A stretch of 64,000 nucleotides of DNA from Marsupella aquatica (GCA_973895155.1 OZ316894.1:13883580-13947579), one strand, 5' to 3'. Positions 1 through 12,863 are shown, numbered from the stretch's first letter. A program made the numbers and translations. The notes: generated from the letters alone by a model not told the origin.

Positions 1-383
1 TGCCCCCCCTAGGTCTTGTCGTTTCGGAATTTGGAGGCTTCCATATGCTTGAATATTCAGCTCTTAGTGCCAATGGTTTTCTCTTGACTATCAGCATTTG
101 GCCAAAGGATGTCTTTGCAGTCACAGTAGATACGTGTACAGACTTGAATCGGAGTCAATGCATTTTGGTGCCTGAATAAAATATTGTTGATGCAGAAAAA
201 GAGAGGAGGTTTGCCACTTGCTACAAGAATCACCGCAATCGCTTGATGATCAAATGAATGATGCAATACAAGATGGCGGGATTCTTGGGGATCCTAATAT
301 GATCCTGCACTGAGTTTGTGTGACATGAATAGTTCAATGTGACACTGAAATTATGACTATATTCTCATATTGGAATGTCGCAG

Positions 384-1983
384 AACCACAAAATTTTCAA
401 AGAAACGAAAGGAGTACGCAAGAAGGGTGACCAACACTATCTCTAGGCCTGTGCATCGGAGTGAAAGGTTGAGCAAGAAGGTCGTACCTACAATGGCAGA
501 ATGTGGAGATGAGATGGATCTTGCACAGGTGGGTGCAGACACCAGACAAGAAAATGCAGATGATGAGTATTTTCCAGAGGAAATGGATGAGGATGGGGGT
601 TATGAAGATGAATACATTGCAAAGCAGCCCAAAAAGAAACAGGTAAGTAATTTTCCCAGCAAGGTACTGAGTTAAATTCTCTTCTTTAGAGGTTTCATGA
701 CTCCTTTACACATATGTACAATACTTTGTTTGTGACATTGTAGTTGGTGATGTGATACAATGTCCTGTGAGTTTTGTTTTGCTTGCAAAGCCTGTGCATA
801 CACCATACCAGCAAAGGGGGCTGACCTCTGATCAAGGTTGGCGAGGTGGTTGTAGCGATAGATCCCAAGCTGGTGCCCAATACTATGACAGGGGGCAGAG
901 TAGTGGTTATGCCCGTAATAGAGGTAGAGCAAGTCCAAACCCACAATCTCGTGGGTACGGATGTCCACCTCAACCATGGGGATGTGAGTATATCTATATG
1001 TCAGTTCTTTGTTAATTAGTAACACTTGTGAATTTCAGACTGCATAGCAATGTTTGACATTGTTTGAGATTGGATTCATACAACATGAAATTCATTCCAC
1101 CTGGCATTGCATGCAGATTCCGCTCAACCTGATTGGAATAATGCTGGTAATGATGATTTTCAATGAGAATATGACAAGTCCTGCAGAGAAGAAGTATGAT
1201 CACCTGGCAAAGAGTCGCTGCAATTTAGAGGCAACAAAGTTGCAGTCTGTACATGCAACTAATTTGACAGAGGGCAGTGAACCATGTTTGGTTGAGGATG
1301 AGATTGGCAAGGGATCGGATGATATCAATGTTGGGGCAAAGGAGGATATCAACAAGCGTGACAATGATACCATTGAGCCAGATTCATGTGATGTGGAGCA
1401 AGGTTTGTGCTATGTAGATCTTGATACCATTGCAGAGATAAATGATTTGCAGAATGTGTCATTGTCAATGACAGGTGTGCCTCTTGTTGCGATACATCCA
1501 ACCAAAGAGTTAGTTGGTATGGCACTCCCAGGTGAGGAACCTGCTACTATGACAGTCCCAACAGAGGAACCTACTGAGCCTAGCTCCACTACTGTGAAGA
1601 GAGGAAGCTACATGCACACACGAAGCAAGTCTGTTGGGAGTAGAGCCACGTCAAAGGTTTCATACAAACCTCCAAGATCGGAGCTGGCAGAAACATCTAA
1701 GGTGGAGGTAGGGAAGGCACCTAATGCAAAGGGAAAAAGTGGCTTATTAGCTATTGATGAAAGTGGAACACGAGTAGGATTTGGCAGAGTGCAAGTTAGT
1801 TCTACAACGTTCCATGGCAAGAGGATCCCACCAGGTTATTCAGTAGTGTTAATCACATTACTAGTTAAACCTAAAGTTGTCCTTCCCATTCCAAACACAA
1901 ATGATGATCCTCCTCAGAAGACACTTGGAGATGCTGCAGGTTCTTTGGTATTATGGCCAAGAAAGTACATAGAGGATCCATAA
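384..1983 (+). CDS. CACTA accessory (TNP1/TnpA-like) spliced gene, 3' exons
   Basis: Apparent exons ~384-642 (AG|GTAAGT donor), ~791-983 (GTGAGT donor) and ~1039-1983. The C-terminal GFGRV...HGKRIPPGYSVVLI...LPIP...TLGDAAGSLVLWP motif is typical of CACTA-associated proteins. Confidence 0.65.
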
Positions 1984-2306
1984 CAATGTAGTGTGAGTCA
2001 TGCTTTGTAGATTTTAGAATTCAATGCATTTACTTTCAATTATTTCAAACAATTATCAGTTTACAAGTTCTTGTTTTCTTTGAATTACCTTGATGACAAT
2101 GTAAACAGTTCCATTGTAATTGAATTGATGCCTATGTTTCAGCAATATAGTCATTCTGTTCAATTCTTATGAATGAGTACATACTATGTTCGATCTGCTT
2201 ATATCATGTTTTGTTATGGATTAGTTATGGTTATAACTTCCCTAAATTCCATCTCAACCTTATTAGTTATAAGAATGACTATGTAGAGATGCAAATGGTT
2301 GTATAG

Positions 2307-2640
2307 TGTGACCGGACCAGGGTCTCCCTTGGTCTATTTTGTGACACTAAAATGCCACAAGGTAGTCGTTATTAATGGCAAGTAAGTCACGGATGTGACT
2401 TACCCTGTGACTAATTAAAGTCACATTACAGTCACTTATAAACAAGGCTAGACTCCATGATAGAGTCACAAAAGAGTCACAAATGGGTATCAAGCAAGTC
2501 GCAATTCCATGTATCAATAGTGACTACTATTTTTGGGTCTCAACTTTTGCAACTCCAAGGGTCACAGCCTGGGTCACGTCACGTTGAGTCACAATGAAGT
2601 CACATGAGCCAAAATGAGTCACATATTGCGGTCTCAGATG
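2307..2640. repeat. CACTA subterminal repeats (GTGAC/GTCAC cores)
   Basis: Many GTGAC/GTCAC motifs in both orientations next to the TIR. Confidence 0.75.
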
Positions 2641-2659
2641 AGCTCGGATTCTTCTAGTG

Positions 2660-3174
2660 TTCCCATTCTTCTTTCTTACCGTGAACCACCAATTTGAGTA
2701 CGGAGCGTTTGATCTCTCAAGGATTTTGGCATCTAACTTCTCCTTGAGTAACTCCACCAACTTAGGCATCAGTGCTTGTGGCACAGGAATTGGCTTAAGG
2801 TCCCAAGGAACATGTGGAACAGTGAAGATTACCATTGGTGTGATCTCCCTTGGATCAACACATCCAATCTCTCCAATGGAAAAGGAAAAGACCTTTTCAT
2901 GTTTGATGATCATCTCCTTGAAGACTCTTCTCTCTTCCTCTAGTAAACCCTTATCACCAATCTTTAATTTGAGCAACGTCTCCTCAGTGAATTTATGCCC
3001 AATCTTAGTATGATCTCTAAGACTTGGCTCCTCCTTTGCTCGCTTCAATATTTCCTTAGCCTCAGATGGCAAGGGAACTGCTGCAGGTCGCACCTTCTTG
3101 TCCACTGTTTTGTAGTTTGTGTGTACTTCTGCAAAGTGCTCAATGTAACCATACACATCCCTTTCCACCTCCAC
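2660..3174 (-). pseudogene. Gypsy reverse transcriptase N-terminus, truncated by the CACTA end
   Basis: MVIFTVPHVPW...LLKEKLDAKILERSNAPYSNWWFTVRKKNG. The rest of ORF 2527..3174 is read-through into the CACTA TIR. Confidence 0.8.
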
Positions 3175-3458
3175 TTCTCCTTTTTCTTCCTCAATGTCTC
3201 CAATAATCTCTCAACGAGAAGGTGGTAATCCCCTTTCCTCTAGTACTCCTTCTATTCTCTCTTCAACCTTCAACACTCCTAATGTGAACAAATCTTTTTC
3301 TTTCTTTTCCAACATCTTTTGAGCTCTCCTCTTCACACCACCTTTATGAAAATAGCACACTTCACTAGTCCTACTCACACCAATAAAAGAGGAATGAACC
3401 TCCATAGACAAGACTGAAGGCTTGGCGTCCCGCCTGCTCGCTTCTCTTAGAGGGACGC

Positions 3459-3900
3459 CTAGTCGAAACCCTTCATACTCTGGTCAGACCTGTACTCCTC
3501 CACCATTCTTAATTCCCGACGATCTCTTGTACTACCTGGCCGAAGTGTGGGAAATTCAATCTTCTTCAAGTCATCCTTGCTCTTCACTTTTGCCATGTGA
3601 GTACCATCATCAAGTACCATGGTCTCTACTCGTAATTCCGTGATGAAAGGAACACCAAGAATAAGAAGATATGGAAGTTTTTCAAATACAAAGACATTGA
3701 TAGCTTCTACCACATTCCCAAGTTTGATCATGATCTCGGGACATGCTCCCCACAAGGGATTTTCCCTTGTGCCCACTGAATTGACATTCCATTTGATGTC
3801 ACAGTCAATCTTCCAATGCTCTTTTTGGTATGTCTCTTTAGACATTAGATTCAACTCAGATCCTGAGTCTAGGAGTGCTTGAATTTCTCCTTCAGCACCA
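3459..3900 (-). pseudogene. Gypsy aspartic protease
   Basis: LLDSGSELNLMS (3830-3875) and downstream LILGVPF motif. Confidence 0.8.
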
Positions 3901-4214
3901 AGGATTGCACCTCAATCTCCGGGCAAGCTCTTGCCCAATACGGTCGGATTGTTTCCCGCAAATCCACCTCATGTAGGGCTACATTGCCATGAATACCTGA
4001 AGTTGCTTCATGGTGACTCATGGTAGCACAAAATACATTTCCCTCCAATTCTTCTTCTTCTTCTTCTTCATCTTCTAGATCATCTTCATAGTCATAGCTA
4101 AGAATCTTGGCAGTTAGTGCATGAGGTCCCTCCTTGTAAACCCTTTTTCTCCTTGCCCTATCCAAGATCTTGCCTCGTAAGTCTAAACGAAGACTTCCAA
4201 AAAGTTCTCCATTA

Positions 4215-4852
4215 GGCCTCATTCACAATTGGGTGTACCTCGCAGGAACCACTTTCAGGACTCAAAAACATACTTTTTTAGTGAAAAATGATTTTCGTAA
4301 CATGGAAAAAGGTTCATCATGATTTTATCTCAAGACATTTAAGTCTAATTTTTTCACAAGACTATTTTACATGGTGTAACCTACCTCACCATGTAGATAC
4401 ATCAAGTTTTCAACTATTTTAAGGGATCCTGTTATTGATGGCCCTAAATAAGCCAAAATTACTGATTATTTTTGTCCTGTACATAAAGGTTTAGTGTGTG
4501 TCACTATTTAAGTTTTGAAATATAAGATTATGCTATTAGTATGCATGTTTTGGTACAATTTCATTGTCTAAAATGTATTTGTTAGAGTCCTTTTGAGTCC
4601 TAAAATGATGTGACCCGTTGCGTGACAAGTTCTTTTATCAATCTTTGAAGGACATATAAGGAAAGCTTCAAAGTCTCAAATGCTAGATAGTTTAATGAAT
4701 GTTACCAACCTATAGGATGTTTATTAAGTATAGTACATTAAATTTTCTACATCATCTCATTACACCCTAAAAATGATATCCTAAAGCATAATAAACTATG
4801 GTCACTTTTGAGTGTGACGTTCCTTTTGGGTCCTCCAATTGTGAATGAGGCC
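4215..4852. mobile_element. MITE, 638 bp, 18-bp TIR, 4-bp TSD ATTA
   Basis: GGCCTCATTCACAATTGG at 4215-4232 and its perfect complement at 4835-4852. ATTA flanks both ends (4211-4214, 4853-4856). AT-rich interior. Removal restores the host frame ARGFTNGELFG. Confidence 0.9.
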
Positions 4853-5479
4853 ATTAGTGAATCCCCTAGCCTCTTGCTGCCAAAATTTCTTGGCAATCAC
4901 CTCTGGATCAACGGTTTGCTCCACCTCTCTAGTAAGCAAATAGCCTGGGCTCTTCTTAGCACCTTTCTTTGGGGTGTCGGTATCCATTGAGCTTCCATGG
5001 GGAATTTCTTCTTGACTCTTGCTTGTGGACGCTTCAGGCTCCTCAAATCAAACTCCTTTCTCTTTGGCTTGACGTGTGAAGCGAGGTCCTGCTTTGGGTC
5101 TCTATTGCTTTTCTCTCCTTTGGGTTTCTTCCATAGAAGTGCCTTCATACCTCCTCTTATCTTCCACAGCGGCATTCCATGCTGCTCCTACTTCCGCAGT
5201 GATAGAGTTGATCAACACAGGCACATCCCAACTGGATTTTCTCCGGATACTTTCCGCAAGTCTCTTCCTCTCAATAATATCAAGATGTTCTATGGAAGGC
5301 AGATCCTTCTTAACTTGAAGACTGAAGACAGAAGGATCACCATACATCGTTGCAGCACTAGAAACTTTCTCTCTCATTCTTTGTTCCACAATCTGCTTCA
5401 TTCCTCCTCGGTTCACATTCATTGGTATTGGCTCTCCAGAATCAACAAATGCAATCTTCCCTTCCACAAACTTGACATG

Positions 5480-6430
5480 TCAAAGTCGCAATGCTTCTGT
5501 CAGTTCTCCACAATCCCTTCTGTGATGCTCCTTGCTATCACACCACAAACAATTCCAATTTTTATTCAAGGTTGCTAGTGATGTTCCACCAGGGTTTTTG
5601 TTCTCCAAGGCTTGAATGGAAAGAGCAAGCTTTGCTATCATGTCTGTCAATGATGCTATGTTGCCCCCTTCTGTGATGCTGCCTTTGATTTCTTTTTCTC
5701 CTCCATCAGTAGTACTTTCTTCTTTGACTTTTCTCAAGTCTAGAATGGGACCTTTCGCCTCTTGATTGACTTCCCTTCTCCTCCTTTGCTTCGTCACCTT
5801 GTGGATTGCAGCTTCTGCTTGTTCCCAAGTGACTTCATCCGCATATGGAGCAATAACATCTAGAGCATTGTCCAACTCTACCCTCAAAGGTATATCAGCT
5901 GCACGGATCAAAAGACCCCCTCTTCTGAGACTGATTATTGTTAGATCCTTTGAAGATAGCTGATGGTAGCGCCTATTGAATTCGCTCAATAATTCTTTAG
6001 GTCCCAACTTCTTGTTTTTCTCTTGTACCCAACCAAGGAACATGGCTACAGTAACTCTATCTGGATCTTCAAATCGAAACTCCTCTTTCATCCTCATTTC
6101 AAATATTTTCCAATCCTCTTTGGCTCCTTTAGCAATCTTGGTGATGATGTCTTTCAATTCTGATTCCACCAATGATGCAAATTCATGAATGGTAACCTTC
6201 TCACTGATCTTGTGGATGGCTACCTCTGTCCAATACTCTTTCAAGTACCGGGTTGCTCTTCTTCCATCAAACTGCCCAAACTTTGCTAACAAACCTTGTA
6301 AGCACTTGGTCATACGACTTGCTTCCTCCTTCTTCTGGTTCTCAGGTGCCTCTCTTCGTGCTTTGGCCTCCATCAAACTCATAAACATCTCAGTCATCTC
6401 TTCCATAGTTCCTCCTACCATTGGGAACAA
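5480..6430 (-). CDS. Gypsy gag
   Basis: 316-aa ORF with FDGR..TRYLKEY capsid-like start and CLWCDSKEHHRRDC zinc knuckle. It continues frameshifted in 5102..5467. Confidence 0.85.
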   Translation of the reverse strand: MFPMVGGTMEEMTEMFMSLMEAKARREAPENQKKEEASRMTKCLQGLLAKFGQFDGRRATRYLKEYWTEVAIHKISEKVTIHEFASLVESELKDIITKIAKGAKEDWKIFEMRMKEEFRFEDPDRVTVAMFLGWVQEKNKKLGPKELLSEFNRRYHQLSSKDLTIISLRRGGLLIRAADIPLRVELDNALDVIAPYADEVTWEQAEAAIHKVTKQRRRREVNQEAKGPILDLRKVKEESTTDGGEKEIKGSITEGGNIASLTDMIAKLALSIQALENKNPGGTSLATLNKNWNCLWCDSKEHHRRDCGELTEALRL

Positions 6431-6507
6431 CTTTTCCTTTGCTTCTATTTTCTATCAAGCTTTTTCTCTCATCAATATCCTTTTATCTTTGACACTAGCC
6501 TCAAGTT

Positions 6508-6525
6508 TCCCCAGTATGGTCGCCA
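6508..6525 (-). promoter_or_regulatory. Primer-binding site of the Gypsy element
   Basis: TGGCGACCATACTGGGGA starts 3 nt after the LTR end ...AGACA. Confidence 0.7.
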
Positions 6526-6681
6526 ACATGTCTGGGGGGAAAATATGGTTCTTGAGGAAGCACCGGGCCTATGGCTGCTAGTGTCAAGAGAGAACTTAAG
6601 TTAAGATCATGATTACTATTCTAGACTGGGTAGCAAACACCACAAGGAATGGTTCTGTGGATGAAAGCACAACATCATAAC

Positions 6682-6856
6682 TGTTCCACATTAACAATGC
6701 TCTCCTTCATTACATTGTTAATACTTTATACATATGGCGGTTGCCATGAGGTGGTTGCCTAAGTAGTTAGGGTTATAACCTCCTTGGGTTATAGTTCTAA
6801 CCTTAGTTATATAGGTGTGGTAGACTTAACCTATGGTAAACCTATGGTGTGCAACA
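6682..6856 (-). repeat. Copia 3' LTR
   Basis: Direct repeat of 12689-12863. Confidence 0.95.
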
Positions 6857-7789
6857 CTCCCCCTTGTATGCATCTTTGGTAATAAGAAAGATGTAGACAT
6901 CTAAAGTCTACCTATAATAACTATGATAAAGTATTTGCTAACTTCTGTGTTGAGGGTATTACATATGGAGGTGGGGTGTAACCTCATCAAAACCTCCCCT
7001 CCTTTCTTGTTGGGAGGAAAGAGTATTACCACCCCTCCTATACCCTATTTCAGCACTAAATCATATCTTTAATTTTGGTCTAACTTTGCTAAGTGAGACT
7101 AAATAAGTAGTCTTTGTATATGGCTAAGTCTGTTTAGGAGTTAGTCGAGTTGAGTAGTTTCGTTAGGTTTTATGGCCTCGTAAAATTTAGGGTCGTATTT
7201 TCGTGAGAAGTCGAAATGAGGTCGGCCCGTTTGTGAGTAACTGGCTGGAAACAAGATGGAACAGGGCTGCGATGTGGTTGAGTCGGGGGGAACGAAGCTG
7301 CGAGTCGCAATAGTGATGCAGTAGGTCGATGGGCGATGGGCGATGGTGAGCGCGCGATCAGTCGTGGGTGCGCGAGTAGTTGATACGAATGGTGTGTTCG
7401 TAATCGGATGTCACTTGGGTTTGGTGAAGAGTCTGCAGGTGCGTGATTTGTGTGGAGCTCTTGCTGTTGAATAGGTAAGTGCTTGACTTCTGTGAATTCG
7501 GCTTGGGCTTGATTGAATTCAGTTCTTGTATCGGCTCAAATCTTTCCATTTGGTTTGGTGTTTCGTAGGTGCTTGGCTGTGTTAAGTTCGTCACGATCTT
7601 GCCTCAGTTCGGTTCTTGCAGCAGTTGTTTATAAATCTGTGTATTTTGGCCTGCGCATTCATTTTGTGGTTTCCCGGTTTGCTGCTGTGTGGATGTGATC
7701 CTCATAATTCTGAAGTTGAATGATTCTTGTAATGCTGTGAGCGCTTTCTCCCCCTGAATGTTGAATATTTGATTTTCATTTGATGACCT

Positions 7790-8680
7790 GTAAAATTTCA
7801 GACAGACTGCGCATGCCAATTGATTTGGTGAGTATGGAATGTAGAACTGGAGGTAGTGGCTTCGTGAACATGTCTACTGAGTTTTCAGAGCTGGGTATCC
7901 ACTGGACGTCAATTGTTTCCCCCTATTGCTCATGTGTAAAGAAGAATTTGGGAGAAATGTGTTTTGTCCTGTCTCCTTTTATAAATCTAGCTGCTATCTG
8001 TTCGATGTAGGGTTTATTATCTTCATAAATAACAGTAGGTGTGTTGAGCTGTGGCATACCTGTGGTTTCTTGGATGTAATTGATAACATTTCATAACCAG
8101 ATACATTCGCGGCTGGCCTCGTAAAGAGCTATAATTTCTGAGTGGTTTGACGAAGTAGTTGTCAAAGTCTGCTTGTTGCTCTTCCATGAGAGAGCAGTCG
8201 GACCAATCTTAAATACATATCCTGATTGCGACTTGGCATCAGCTGTATCAGATAGGTAGCCAGCATCAGCGAATCCTGATAATGTGAGCTCCAGCGTATT
8301 TGGATAGAAAAGCCCTAAGTCAATGGTGCCACAGAGGTAACGGAAGATTTGTTTAACGCCATTCCAGTGCCTGATTGTTGGTTGAGCACTATGGCGAGCA
8401 AGTAGGTTTACTGCAAACGCTATATCAGGTCTTGTTTGTGAAGCTAAGAATAATAGGGCTCCAATGGCCGACAGGTATGGCTTATCAGATCCAAGTAGTG
8501 GTTCTTCCTCTGTTTTCTTCCTGAAAATATCTTTCTCTCTATCCAAGGATCGTAGGTCCATTGGTGATCTCACTGCCTTTTCTTTATGCATATCGAATTG
8601 TTTCAATGTCCTTCGGGTATATGTAGATTGATGGAGTAGTATTCCATGTGAGAGATGTTCGAACTGTAGTCCGAGGCAGA
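7790..8680 (-). pseudogene. Copia RT C-terminus and RNase H
   Basis: YLSAIGALLFLA..TRPDIAFAV, GFADAGYLSD, SSNHSEIIALYEASREC. After a stop it continues through IYEDN and VDMFTK. Confidence 0.9.
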
Positions 8681-9583
8681 ATTGAGGTCATCTACGTAGA
8701 TGGCCACTATGATGATTTCGGGTCCTTCTTGTTTAATAAACAAGCATGGGGTAAGATCAGATGTCTTGAAGTCCATGGCCAACATTTCTGTTTTAAAATG
8801 TCTGTACCATGTTCGCCCACTCTGCTTCAGACCGTACATGGATCTGAGGACCTGAACAGCAAATCGGATTTTTGCAGTAAGTGCTTTCTGAGTGGGTACT
8901 AACTTAGTAGAAGCGTCCCATCCGATTGCCTTAGCAGTAGTATGTAGTACTGATTTGTTGGTGTGGCCGAAAGGGCCATCACTGGTATGAGTTTTCTTTT
9001 GTATGGGGGTCTCCCCCTGAATATGGTGTTCAACCCTTTTGATTAATTCGGGAGGAGCCTCCATGTAAATAATATTTTCCAGGTGGCCATATAGGTAGGC
9101 AGTAACAATGTCAAGTTGGTGCATTGTCAGGTTGTGGTGAAGGGCGAATGCAATTAAGTACCTATAGGTAATAACGTCCATGACAGGAGAGTATGTGAGG
9201 TCATAGTCTCTCCCAGGGATTTGTGTAAATCCCTTTGCTACGAGTCTAGCTTTGTATCTCACTATTTTGCCCTGGGCGTCTCGCTTCTTGACGAATGTCC
9301 ATTTGTAGCCTGTGAGATGGGTGTCAGGTTGGGCAGGTGTTATGGGGCCGAATACCTGCCGTGAGATGAGTGAGTCTAGCTCGGAGTTGATGGCCTCCTG
9401 CCATTTATCCCAGTCAGGTTGTTTTCTGGCTTCTGTGATAGTTGTGGGATCAGGTAAGTCCCCCATTATCTCCTTGGAAATTTGAAATGCAAATGTGTTG
9501 TCTAGGGTGGTGGTTGATCTATCTCTGATCTTGCCTGTGAAGTTATAGTTAATGGCTATTTCTTCGTTTGCTGTGGTTCGCAC
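8681..9583 (-). pseudogene. Copia reverse transcriptase
   Basis: GYKWTFVKK, RYKARLVAKGFTQIPG, LDIVTAYLYG, SMYGLKQSGR, YVDDL. An internal deletion follows YVDDLN. Confidence 0.9.
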
Positions 9584-9638
9584 GGGTGCCTCTGGTTGAG
9601 GTTGTGTTGCAATGGGGGGGGGGTAAGTTGGTTCTTCT

Positions 9639-12281
9639 CTATCTGGGGTTCTTGTCCCCAGCTCCAGGTGGGCGTCCTCTCTTCTTTCGTGGTTCAGCAG
9701 TAGTTGCTGGTGGTTCAGTTATGTCTATTCTTGAGGGGGCGTTGGTGGCAGGGACGTGTGACCTGGTGACCTGGGCTACATCCGCAAATGCGTCAGGTAA
9801 TTCCCCCATAATTCTGGTGAGGTGCAGTATTCGTTGTACCTCTGTGTCGGCTAGTGCTGTCCTTGGGTCGTTCCAGAATTGGGAGGTTATTTGCCAAGCA
9901 ATTTCTTTGGATGGGCTATCTGTTGTTTTCTGGCCTGTACTGAGTTTTGGGAATGTGTCTTCATAGAAATGGCAGTCGGCAAATCGGGCCTTATATACAT
10001 CTGCTGTAGTGGGCTCCAAATATCTGATGATGGACGTGGAATCAAATCCAATGTATATGCCCTTTTGGCGTTGAGGTCCGAGTTTGGTCCTTTTTGGTCC
10101 CATAATTGGAACCAGGACCTGGCATCCGAAGGTTCGAAGGTGGGTCAGTGATGCTGTGGTGCCAAATGCCAAATGGTGAGGTGAGCTTGTGTTAAATGCT
10201 GATGGTCTATATCGTAGGAGAGTAGCCGCATGGAGGATGGCATGTCCCCATGCGGCTGGTGGTAATTGACTCTGCATTATGAGTGGTCTCGCTATGGACT
10301 GTAATCTTTTGATGAGTGATTCAGCGATTCCATTCTGGAAGTGTACGTATGCAATTGGGTATTCGACCTCTATACCAGCTGCAGTGCAGAAGTCGTCGAA
10401 GGTTCTGGAGGTAAATTCTCCAGCATTATCGACTCTGATTGTTTTTATTGGGTGATCAGGAAACTGGGCTTTGAGTCTTAGGATATGTGCTAACAGTCTG
10501 GGGAATACCAGGTTTCGTGTGGATAGCAGGGAGACCTGTGACCACTTTGATGAGGCATCTATGGTGGCTAAGAAGAAGCGGAATGGTCTGCTAGGTGGGT
10601 CAACAGGTCCGCAGACGTCTGCGTGGATTCTCTCCAAGAATTGAGGTATTCTTCTGTCTGTTGTTGATGGAGCTGGTCTAAGTGAGAGTTTACCTCGTGA
10701 GCAGGCAAGGCAAGGATTTCTCAGTGAGGTTGGGTGAACCGTTCTTGGGATGCCTTGAGTGTCTTTGATAATTTTGTGGAACATCTGTGTTCCAGGGTGG
10801 CCCAGTCTACGATGCCACATCTCAGTAATGGATGGTGATGGTGAATCTACATGAAATGTATGTATCTCAATGGCGTAAAATCCCTGTTGAAGAGCTGTGA
10901 GTGTCTCCTTGACGTCTATGCCATGCTGTGTTTTGGCAACGATTTGGAGAACTTCCTGGGATTTATGGCTGCTAGTGTATATGTGCAGGTCATTGTCACA
11001 GATGTCCTTGAAGCTGAGGAGGTTTCGTGTGGCCTTGGGAGCAAAGATTGCGGATTTAATGTTGATAATTGTGCCCTTTGGTAGTATCAGAGTCACAGGG
11101 CCATGTCCCTCTTCTAAGTTGTGGCTGCCCATTATTGTGGTGACTCGCCTCTGTGATGGGGTAATGTATTCAAAATAGTCTCTGGTCCGTAGTATCGAGT
11201 GGGAGGTTCCACTATCTAGTATGCAGTAGTTGGGGCCTTCAAGCGCTTTCGTCATTTCTGATTGTAGTGCTAGGTGTATTTCAGGGAGGATGTCGGGGGA
11301 TTCTAGGAATGCTCCATGGGCCTCATATTGATCATTGTGTAGACTCTTCTGGTAGAGTTTGACTAGATGGGCTGGAGCCCTGCATATTCTCCTAATGTGG
11401 CCTTTAGTGCCACATCTATTGCAGATTGGTGAAGTGTCGGACTTATCTGAGTTGTATTGTCGATTGGAGTTTTGTTGTCTCTGTTGATTACTGTTGCTCC
11501 TTGTCCAGGTGTTGCGGAATGTGCTGCTTCCCCGACCCCGTCCTCCGCGAAATGAGTTTCTGCCACCTCGTTGGAAGTTGTTTCCTCGTCCTCTATATGA
11601 ATTTCGTCCTCTGAAGTTCCGATTCCCTCGGAAGGTGCTTGCAGATCCCCTCCGCACATCATTAAAGTGAGCTTCTGGATTAGGATTTGGTGGGAGGGTG
11701 CCTGGTGGCCTATGTTTGGTATTTTGTAATAGCAAAATTTGGTGTTTTTCCGCAAGCAACATGTGTGCAATTAACTCTGAGTAGGTTGTAAATCTCATAT
11801 TGCGGTATTGAGTTGATATTACCAAATTTGTTGAATGAAATGTTGACAGGGTCTTCTCGATTTGTTCTTCTTCTCCAACCGGGTGGCCGCAAATCGCGAG
11901 TTGTGATACAATGCGAAATAATTCGCTATTGTATTCAGGAATTGTCTTGTAGTCCTGTACCCGGAGGTTCACCCAGTCGTGCCTCGCTGCTGGTAGGAAG
12001 ACTGTTCTTGTGTGGTCAAATCGAGCATGTAGTTCATCCCAGAGTTTCCGGGGATTATACTCATTCATGTACTATCTCTTTAGTGACTCGGCAAGGTGAT
12101 GTTGTATAAATATGAGAGCTTGTGCCTTCTACTATAGGGTAGGCCCATTATCCGTAAGGATGGTGTCTTGTAGGTTTTTCGATGTGAGATGTGCCTCTGC
12201 ATCGATGGTCCATGACAAGTAATTGGAGCCATCGATTGCTAGAGCTTGGAAATGTAACTTTTCTATCGTGTTATTCGTCAT
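9639..12281 (-). pseudogene. Copia gag-protease-integrase
   Basis: 809-aa ORF with CNRCGTKGHIRRIC knuckle, ILDSGT, WHRRLGHPG...CLAC, HADVCGP, RVDNAGEF. An in-frame ATG at 12281 is separated from it by TAG stops. Confidence 0.9.
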
Positions 12282-12673
12282 GTCGGGATTTGTGATGGAT
12301 TGAGACTAGGGTTGTCTCGCTCAGCTATAATGTTGGAACTAAATAGAATTTCGGGTTGTAAACTTGTGAGTAATCGATCTGCTCTCAGCCGAAATAAATT
12401 TGGACAAAATCTCTGTCGAATTGTGTCGAAATTTTTGTGAGTTGATTCTATGGTTTCGACTCTACCTCGATCTTGAATTGTCTAAACTGATTCGCTTCTG
12501 CTCATCTATATGGCTATGCAATTGAATGTGTATGCGATTGAGTCTGCCTATGCAATTGAATGTGTGTGCAATGGGTTGATGAAGATTCTCAAGGATGTCC
12601 ACGAAAAACTGAATCCTGTCTAAGGCATCCTATTCGAGGGCCATCCGAGGTGGGAGCTAAAAAATCGAGTACA

Positions 12674-12688
12674 ATCGTGCTGATAACG
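12674..12688 (-). promoter_or_regulatory. Copia PBS (internal tRNA-Ile type)
   Basis: CGTTATCAGCACGAT directly follows the 5' LTR instead of a TGG... site. Confidence 0.75.
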
Positions 12689-12863
12689 TGTTCCACATTA
12701 ACAATGCTCTCCTTCATTACATTGTTAATACTCTATACATATGGCGGTTGCCATGAGGTGGTTGCCTAAGTAGTTAGGGTTATAACCTCCTTGGGTTATA
12801 GTTCTAACCTTAGTTATATAGGTGTGGTAGACTTAACCTATGGTAAACCTATGGTGTGCAACA
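12689..12863 (-). repeat. Copia 5' LTR
   Basis: Direct repeat of 6682-6856. Confidence 0.95.

Larger units (their letters stand above)
1..2659 (+). mobile_element. CACTA (En/Spm) DNA transposon, right-hand part
   Basis: Ends in TTCTTCTAGTG (reverse complement CACTAGAAGAA) at 2649-2659, preceded by dense GTGAC/GTCAC subterminal repeats. It abuts a Gypsy RT exactly where the RT reading frame breaks (KKNGN). Confidence 0.85.
6682..12863 (-). mobile_element. Ty1/Copia element with both LTRs (Bianca-like), recent insertion
   Basis: 175-bp LTRs at 6682-6856 and 12689-12863 with one mismatch that I can see. TG...CA ends, 5-bp TSD ATAAC (6677-6681, 12864-12868), PPT AAGGGGGAG next to 6857, and gag-PR-INT-RT-RH order. 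Confidence 0.95.
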
